Source of the DNA: Actinomycetota bacterium
Lineage (GTDB): Bacteria > Actinomycetota > Acidimicrobiia > IMCC26256 > VFJJ01
DNA length: 45,714 nt
Direction of reading: 5' to 3'
Assembly (NCBI GenBank): GCA_009886115.1
Contig: VFJJ01000051.1
Span: forward strand, 124,001-169,714
Every line of letters starts with the position of its first letter. The first letter of the stretch is position 1. The notes below the pieces were generated by a model. That model was not told where the DNA came from. It ran no database searches and worked only from the letters and a program-made list of their open reading frames with translations. Shown in pieces: positions 39,665 through 45,714 of the stretch. Position numbers and translations under genes: made by a program.

Positions 39665-39942
39665 TTGAAGGCGGAAACGCTCGTGTGATGGTTCAGGTCG
39701 ACCACGATGTGTGCAGCGGAACCGCGCACTGTCAGCAGTCGATGCCTCAGGTGTTCGTCGTGACCAACCGCAAGGCGCACGTCCGCAGCGATGTCGACTG
39801 GGCAACCGTCGACCGCGATGCCCTCGACCGCACGGCCGAGGCCTGCCCGTGGTTCGCCATCACCGTCTCGTCACCACCACCGTCACCACCACCGTCACCG
39901 TCACCGTCACCACAACCGTCACCGTCACCCGGAGGAAGCTGA
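39658..39942 (+). CDS. Single-cluster ferredoxin, probably [3Fe-4S], with Ser/Pro tail
   Basis: VDHDVCSGTAHC...PQVF...EACPWFAI (CxxTxxC...CP); directly upstream of the P450. Start at 39658 or 39688. Confidence 0.85.
   Translation: MHVEGGNARVMVQVDHDVCSGTAHCQQSMPQVFVVTNRKAHVRSDVDWATVDRDALDRTAEACPWFAITVSSPPPSPPPSPSPSPQPSPSPGGS
39871..39930 (+). repeat. (TCACCG/TCACCA)n low-complexity tandem repeat
   Basis: tcaccaccaccg tcaccaccaccg tcaccg tcaccg tcaccacaaccg tcaccg tcaccc. Confidence 0.8.
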
Positions 39943-39943
39943 C

Positions 39944-41164
39944 ATGCCTGAGTACAACCCGGTCGCCGAGAACCTCGATCCGCCGTGGGCTGCAATGGCC
40001 GCCGACCGCAGCACGTGCCCCGTGGCGCACGTCCGGCTCCCCGAGCAGGAGTTCTTCCAGATCACCCGGTACGACCTCATCACCGAGGTGCTGCGGAACC
40101 ACAAGGTGTTCTCCAACGTGCACGGCACGACGGTCACGGTCGAGTCGTACAGCGAGGAGGAGCAGGTGCTGTCGTTCGCCGATCCGCCGCGCCACACCAA
40201 GCAGCGCCGACTCCTCGTCTCGGCGTTCTCGCCCGCCCGAGTCGAGGCGATCGGTCCGCACATCCAGCGCGTCGCCGACGACCTCATCGATCGGCTCCCC
40301 GTCGACGGCGGCACGTTCGAGTTGACGAGCGCCATCGGCGCTGCGCTCCCCGTGCAGATCATCTGCGAGATGCTCGGTGTGCCGATGGCCGATCGTGACG
40401 ACTTCCGCCGGTGGAGCGAGGTCTCCGAGCGAGCGGCATCGCTGTCGGACCGCTCATCGGTGCAAGCCGATCTCAACGCGTTCAGCGCCTACCTCGCCCG
40501 CACGGTGGCCGATCGGCAGGCGGCGCTCGACGCCGGCGACCACCCCGACGACCTCATCACCGCGATCATGACCGCCGAGGTCGACGGTGTTCGGTTCACC
40601 CCCACCGAGTGCGTGGCGATCATCCGCCTCCTGCTCTCGGCCGGCAACACCACCACGACCACACTGATCGGGAACCTGGTGAAGGCCATCGAGGAGCACC
40701 CGGCCGAGAAGGCGAAGTTACTGTCCGATCTCGACGGCCTGTCGATGTCGGCGGTCGACGAGGGCATGCGCTTCGATGGGCCGATCCACGGCCTCTTCCG
40801 CACCGCGCTCGCCGACACCGAGCTCGACGGAGTGGCCATCGCACAAGGCTGCAGGGTCTTCAACGTCTACGGCGCCGGCAGCCACGACCCCGCGGCGTTC
40901 GACCGGCCCGACGAGTTCGTGATCGACCGCGACTTCGAGAACCTGCCGAGCCACCTGGGCTTCGGCATGGGGATCCACCACTGCCTCGGCTCCAACCTCG
41001 CCCGCACGGAGGCACAGGTCACGATCGAGACGCTGTACCGGCGGCTGCCGAACCTCCGCATCGCCGACGGCTTCGTGCCCCAGCAGTTCCCCGGCGCGAT
41101 CTTCCGAACCTACGGCGTGTTGCAGTTGGAGTACGACGGCCCCGTCGCTCCCCGGTCGTCATGA
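39944..41164 (+). CDS. Cytochrome P450
   Basis: DPPRHTKQR, I-helix AGNTTT, EGMR and heme motif FGMGIHHCLG. RBS GGAGG upstream. Confidence 0.96.
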   Translation: MPEYNPVAENLDPPWAAMAADRSTCPVAHVRLPEQEFFQITRYDLITEVLRNHKVFSNVHGTTVTVESYSEEEQVLSFADPPRHTKQRRLLVSAFSPARVEAIGPHIQRVADDLIDRLPVDGGTFELTSAIGAALPVQIICEMLGVPMADRDDFRRWSEVSERAASLSDRSSVQADLNAFSAYLARTVADRQAALDAGDHPDDLITAIMTAEVDGVRFTPTECVAIIRLLLSAGNTTTTTLIGNLVKAIEEHPAEKAKLLSDLDGLSMSAVDEGMRFDGPIHGLFRTALADTELDGVAIAQGCRVFNVYGAGSHDPAAFDRPDEFVIDRDFENLPSHLGFGMGIHHCLGSNLARTEAQVTIETLYRRLPNLRIADGFVPQQFPGAIFRTYGVLQLEYDGPVAPRSS

Positions 41165-41268
41165 ACACGGTCGGCGCGATGAGAACCGCCGACGGCGACA
41201 CCGCGTCCGCCTGACCGATGGCCGGGGCGGCCACCCGAGAGCCGGCAATCGACCGACCGACCAAGTAA

Positions 41269-43512
41269 TCAGACAGATATCGGAGCCCGGCGGGCAAACA
41301 GCGCGTCGATCTCGGCGACCGGCAGCGGACGGGCGAAGAGATATCCCTGCGCTCGATCACACCCCAGCGCGGCGAGTGCCGCAAGCTGCTCGGCCGTCTC
41401 AACGCCTTCGGCCGTCGAGCGGTAACCGAGAGCTCGGGCCAGCGCGATCACCGCTGCTGCGATGGTGGCGTCTGAGCCGAGCCGTGAGAGCTCGGTCACG
41501 AACACGGGGGCGATCTTGACCTCGTCGAGGGGATAGCGGCGCAGGTATTCGAGCGATGAGTACCCGGTTCCGAAATCGTCGATCGAGAGCGCTACGCCCG
41601 TCGAGCGCAGCGATTCCAGGCGGGCCAACACACTCGACGGATCGTGGATGAGCGCCGACTCGGTGATCTCCAGGATCAGGCAGGTCGGGTCGACACCCGA
41701 CCGGGCGAGGATGCCGGCGACCAGCGCGGCGAATCCCGGCCGATCGAGCTGGCGACCCGAGACGTTCACCGACATCGTGATCGGCCGCTGGTCGAGACGG
41801 GCGTCGTTCCAGCGGGCGAGCTGACGGCAGGCCCGCTCGAGCACCCAGGCGCCGACCTCGGAGATCAGGCCCACTTCATCGGCGATCGAGATGAACTGGT
41901 CGGGGGTCAGGGTTCCGTGGCCAGGCCGCTCCCAGCGCACGAGCGCTTCGCACCCCACGACCTCACCGGATCGGATGTCGACCTGGGGCTGGTACAGGAG
42001 CCTCAGCTCGTCCCGCTCGACGGCTCGGCGGAGCGCGGTCTCGGTCTGAATCCGATGATCGAGCCTGACCCGCATGTCGCTGTCGAAGAGCTCCCAACGC
42101 CCTCGCCCGGCGCGCTTGGCGCGGTACATCGCAGCGTCCGCATCGCGTAGCAGGCTCTCAGGCGTATCGGTCGGGCCGGTGTGGAGCGCGATCCCCACCG
42201 AGGCCGAGACGTGCGCATGCTCGTCGAGGACCGGGATGGGCGAGCCGAGCGCCTCGATGACGCGGTCGGCGATGCGGGTGGCCTCGTCGACACCCGCGAC
42301 ATCCTCGCAGAGCAGCACGAACTCGTCACCCCCGAGGCGGGCCACCGTGTCGCCGGCCCGTCCGCAACGCTCGAGCCGGCGGGCAACCTCGACGAGCAAC
42401 CGGTCGCCAGCCGCATGACCCATGGTGTCGTTGACGATCTTGAAGCGGTCGACGTCGAGGTAGAGGACGCAGGTCTGGCCTGGTCGCCGCTGGGCGTAGG
42501 CCAGCGCATGGCTGAGCCGGTCGATCAGCAACGGCCGGTTGGGAAGCCCGGTCAGCGCATCGTGGGTCGCCTGGTGGGCCAGTGTGGCCTCGGCGCGCTG
42601 CGTGTGGCGCACGAGGGAGCGCATCCGTCCGAGCACGAGGCCGGTCAGCGTGGCCGACACCACGAGGAACACTCCGTTGCTGAACCCCCCGCCTCGCCCA
42701 TTGTCGATGATGGCGACGATCGGGGCCACGAAGAGCGCGACCCCGAGGAAGGCGATCCGGGCCGGGTGCAAGGTGCCGGCTGCCCGTGGCTGTGGATCGG
42801 GTCGGGCCAGGCTCGCGACCGACGGGTGGATCAACGCGCCGGCCGCGAAGGCATACCCGATGCCGTACAGCGGGTTGACCACGTACGCACCAAGGCTTCC
42901 GGCGTCACCGATCAATGCGAACAGCACGTCGGCCACCAGCATGGAGGCGAAGTGCGCGACGAGGAGCCAGAGGGCCGGCGACCGGCGCCCTGGAGCGAGC
43001 AGCAACCACGCCAGCCCGGCCACGAGCACGGTGTCAGCGATCGGATAGGCCGCCAACACCACACGTTCGAGGACGGGCAGGCCCGAGATCAGCCGGGTGT
43101 CGACGACGAGGAACTGCCACGAGAGCAACGCTGCGGCGACGGCGATCGCGACCCCGTCGCCCCAAACTCCGCTGTCGCGCTGTCCCGTCCGAGAGCGAAC
43201 GAGGAGCACCATCCCCGCGAGCATCAGCGCGTAGTACGCCAGATAGATGGCGTCGACCAACGACACGGTCGGGCTCACCCCGATGCCGAGGACGATCGAG
43301 TACGCGATGTCGGCGACGGCGCTCGCCACCAAGCCCAGAGCGATGAGGCGGCCGGCGAGCCAACCGGGCGTCCGCCACGCGGCGACGACAGCGACCACCG
43401 CGGGGAGCACGCCCGCAGCGTTCGAGGCCACGGTGCCGAGCACGGTCCACGGGAGCAACGGTTGTGCGTACACCAGTGCAGCGCACGCCACGACCAAACG
43501 CCAAGGCGTCAT
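41269..43512 (-). CDS. Membrane-anchored diguanylate cyclase/phosphodiesterase (GGDEF-EAL)
   Basis: About 9 TM segments, then HDALTGLPNR, LGGDEF, CEALVRW, EITE, DDFGTGYSS and AEGVE. Confidence 0.94.
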   Translation of the reverse strand: MTPWRLVVACAALVYAQPLLPWTVLGTVASNAAGVLPAVVAVVAAWRTPGWLAGRLIALGLVASAVADIAYSIVLGIGVSPTVSLVDAIYLAYYALMLAGMVLLVRSRTGQRDSGVWGDGVAIAVAAALLSWQFLVVDTRLISGLPVLERVVLAAYPIADTVLVAGLAWLLLAPGRRSPALWLLVAHFASMLVADVLFALIGDAGSLGAYVVNPLYGIGYAFAAGALIHPSVASLARPDPQPRAAGTLHPARIAFLGVALFVAPIVAIIDNGRGGGFSNGVFLVVSATLTGLVLGRMRSLVRHTQRAEATLAHQATHDALTGLPNRPLLIDRLSHALAYAQRRPGQTCVLYLDVDRFKIVNDTMGHAAGDRLLVEVARRLERCGRAGDTVARLGGDEFVLLCEDVAGVDEATRIADRVIEALGSPIPVLDEHAHVSASVGIALHTGPTDTPESLLRDADAAMYRAKRAGRGRWELFDSDMRVRLDHRIQTETALRRAVERDELRLLYQPQVDIRSGEVVGCEALVRWERPGHGTLTPDQFISIADEVGLISEVGAWVLERACRQLARWNDARLDQRPITMSVNVSGRQLDRPGFAALVAGILARSGVDPTCLILEITESALIHDPSSVLARLESLRSTGVALSIDDFGTGYSSLEYLRRYPLDEVKIAPVFVTELSRLGSDATIAAAVIALARALGYRSTAEGVETAEQLAALAALGCDRAQGYLFARPLPVAEIDALFARRAPISV

Positions 43513-43623
43513 CCTGTTCACCCGAGTGGGATCGACGCGCACTTCTCGTACCTACATCGACGTGCGCCAAGATGCCCGAGATGTCGCCGCAAGATATTGC
43601 CCCGAGGTGCTGCCCAGCCAGCA

Positions 43624-43641
43624 TAGCACTTGTGCTACACT
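43624..43641 (+). promoter_or_regulatory. Leaderless TA promoter with palindromic operator
   Basis: TAGCAC-TT-GTGCTA (43624-43637) overlaps -10 TACACT (43636-43641); ATG follows 6 nt later. Confidence 0.68.
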
Positions 43642-43647
43642 TGCGGG

Positions 43648-43911
43648 ATGATCACCGTGGGCCTCCGTGAACTTCGTCAGGACGCGTCTGAGCTCGTGCG
43701 ACGGGTCGAGGATGGAGAGGAGATCCAGATCACGGTCGCGGGTCGTCTCGCCGCCCGTATGGTTCCCGCCGCTCCCCGTCGATGGCAGAGATGGGACGAC
43801 ATCGCGGACCTGTTCGCCGGTCGATCCGACCCGGACTGGGACCGTGACCGTGACCTGATCGATCAGTCCGTGGCGAACCCGTGGGAGCGCAGCGGTGAAG
43901 GCACTCCTTGA
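43648..43911 (+). CDS. Phd/YefM-family antitoxin
   Basis: VGLRELRQDASELVRRVEDGEEIQITVAGRLAARMVP. Confidence 0.92.
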   Translation: MITVGLRELRQDASELVRRVEDGEEIQITVAGRLAARMVPAAPRRWQRWDDIADLFAGRSDPDWDRDRDLIDQSVANPWERSGEGTP

Positions 43912-44275
43912 CACCAGCGTGCTGATCGCGACTGACGTGCCCGAGCTGGAAGGGGAACTTGCGATCAGCGTCGCCTCGCTCGCTGAACTGCACTTCGGTG
44001 TGCTCGTCACCGCTGACGCGGCCATCCGGGCGGAGCGACTGCGAAGGCTCTCGGATCTCCAGCGGAAGTTCGACGCTCTCCCGGTCGACGACGATGTGGC
44101 GACCAGCTATGGGCAACTCGCTGCCGCGGTTGCCATCACCGGCCGTCAACCGCGATCCCGGGTGATGGACCTGATGATCGCTGCAACAGCGCATGCCCAC
44201 GGTGCCCGGCTCTACACCCGCAACGCAGGAGATCTTGTGGGGATCGAGCACCTGATCGAGATCGTTGCCGTCTGA
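43895..44275 (+). CDS. vapC: VapC-family PIN toxin
   Basis: LLDTSVLI, SLAELHFG, DLMIAATA and LYTRNAGD; overlaps the antitoxin. Confidence 0.92.
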   Translation: MKALLDTSVLIATDVPELEGELAISVASLAELHFGVLVTADAAIRAERLRRLSDLQRKFDALPVDDDVATSYGQLAAAVAITGRQPRSRVMDLMIAATAHAHGARLYTRNAGDLVGIEHLIEIVAV

Positions 44276-44343
44276 TCGTCAACCCGTCGGCGACCGGTGG
44301 AGCGTTGCCCGATCAGGCGCCAGCGACGAATGAATCTCGTCGC

Positions 44344-44482
44344 CTGGCGTTCCTCGGAGCGAGCAGCGGCCACCTCGCCGGTCGACAGGCCGATGCCGAT
44401 CCCGAACGGCGCCCGTCCCGCGGCGATCCAGGTCTCGTTGACCCCGGCCTGCACCGCGTGCATGGCGATGGCTACTGCCGCG
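44344..44482 (-). pseudogene. Class III adenylate/guanylate cyclase fragment
   Basis: AVAIAMHAVQAGVNETW...PFGIGIGLSTGEVAAA..SEER matches the cyclase IGIGxxTGxV...GSEERLEY segment, with small deletions. Confidence 0.7.
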
Positions 44483-44839
44483 CCGTCTCGGCGCGAGCGA
44501 CCAGCAATCTGCCCTAGCCGGTCGACGCCCGCCGGCGCGAGGATCGGGAGGGAGTACGCGCCGATGTTGCGCCACTGCCGCCCCGCGAGCCCTCGTACCG
44601 GTACACGCCTCCGAGCGTCGAAGGCGGTACGTCCCCGACCGCAGCACAACCCGCAGCCTACGAGCACCCAACTCCCGTGCGCCCGACGAAGCGCCTCTTC
44701 GGGAAGCGACACGATCAATCCGGCCTCGCCGGGCTGGTCGACCATCGGCACCGCGTCAGCGTAGAGCCATCGTCCCTACAGCAGACCGGGAGCGGGTCGA
44801 CTCGCGTTCGTCGTCCGACAGGGCACAGGTCGCCACGCT

Positions 44840-45217
44840 CTACAGCAACACAGACCGAACGATCATCACGATCTGCTCAGCATCGTCGATCACGAGGTGC
44901 GCCTCGCCCATGGTGACGTCAGGGATGTCACCGGGTATCGCGCGTCGACCGCCCACGGATCGAGCAGCGCCAGGTCGACGCTCTCCGGGAGCGAACGCAC
45001 CCGGTCAGGCACGAGAGTCCACGAGAGCCACGAGATCGTGGGTACGGGGGACCGGCGTGCCCGCCCAGACGAGCGTGGCCTTGAGCGCCTTCTCGGCCGC
45101 CTGCTGTGCGTGAAAGCACGCCAACCTGGGCGGCAGATCCGGGCCACCGATGAGCCGAACCGCAGCCGCCAGATCGGCCTCGGCGAAACCCATCCACTCG
45201 CCGGGCTCAGCCGACAT
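44840..45217 (-). pseudogene. HEPN-domain protein with two frameshifts
   Basis: ACFHAQQAAEKALKA...PRTHDL; +1 shift near 45020 into WTLVPD...DPWAVDARYP; -1 shift near 44933 into GDIPDVTMGEAHLVIDDAEQIV...stop. Confidence 0.8.
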
Positions 45218-45587
45218 CAGCAAGCGGTCGCCGATAGACCGACCGGCCCTCACGCAACGGCCAGTAGAGGATCGAGCCGACATGATCTCGTCGGGCGTCG
45301 ATCTCGGACTCATCGGTGACGAGCACGTCGATCGGAGCGACCGTCGTGATCGAGCGCCTCACGTGCGCCATCAGCGAACGCTTCTCCGACGGATCGACAT
45401 GATCGAACACCACGAGAAGATCGATGTCGGAGTCCGGGCCATCGTCACCCCGGGCAACCGAGCCGAACAAGATCACCTCGAGCGGGTCGACCGCGGCGAC
45501 CACCTCGTCGACCACGAGCGGCACGATCTCGCTCAGCGTCCGCCCATCCCAGCGCCCATGGCCGTCGAAGGTGTGCTGAACCGACAT
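45207..45587 (-). CDS. Minimal nucleotidyltransferase (MNT)
   Basis: ILFGSVARGD...DSDIDLLVV and PIDVLV. TAGAGT lies 6 nt before the ATG; overlaps the HEPN start. Confidence 0.92.
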   Translation of the reverse strand: MSVQHTFDGHGRWDGRTLSEIVPLVVDEVVAAVDPLEVILFGSVARGDDGPDSDIDLLVVFDHVDPSEKRSLMAHVRRSITTVAPIDVLVTDESEIDARRDHVGSILYWPLREGRSVYRRPLADVG

Positions 45588-45680
45588 GTGGCGACTCTAC
45601 CGCCACCCGATCCGGTCACCGCCGCTGACAGCGCACGCACTCAAGCGCCGCTGGGCGTCCTCACCAACCACCTTCCTATC

Positions 45681-45714
45681 ATGACCGACTCACCCGGGCT
45701 CGACTACATCAGCC
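45681..45714 (+). CDS. Possible start of a gene running off the window (MTDSPGLDYIS...)
   Basis: ATG 6 nt after CACCTT, followed by GC3-rich codons; too short to assign. Confidence 0.3.
   Translation, partial: MTDSPGLDYIS

Noticed and set aside
39791..39943. His-rich extension (RHHHRHHHRH) in the P450 frame, suggesting a frameshifted ferredoxin-P450 fusion
   Set aside because: A by-product of the TCACC repeat. The P450 has its own GGAGG RBS and ATG, and no slippery site is evident.

Overview
High-GC actinobacterial chromosomal segment; gene content and style suggest Acidimicrobiia (inference). About 45 genes. Left part (1-20.8 kb) is core-like: guaB1, a RamB/PrpR-type regulator divergent from aceA-aceB, a second family-A DNA polymerase, a mycofactocin-type SDR, and the actinobacterial pgsA2-gcvH-FHA(GarA-like)-MerR-DUF151-MerR cluster. 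That cluster carries two extra genes here, an HPRT-fold protein lacking most catalytic residues and a small PD-(D/E)XK-like protein, and ends in gcvT. Middle part (21-35 kb) is catabolic/transport: fused LivH-LivM-LivF ABC transporter plus lipoprotein SBP, ribokinase, copper amine oxidase, two amidohydrolases, a DUF6777 surface protein. Right part (35-45.7 kb) looks accessory: an SOS-boxed DUF222/HNH element beside a truncated ADH, ferredoxin-P450, a GGDEF-EAL protein, two VapC-type TA pairs, an MNT-HEPN pair with a frameshifted HEPN, and a nucleotide cyclase remnant. No rRNA, tRNA or CRISPR array was seen. All calls come from motif recognition by eye; no database search was run. Best candidate for an undescribed system: the pseudo-HPRT plus PD-(D/E)XK-like pair inside the GarA/MerR/bifunctional-nuclease operon.
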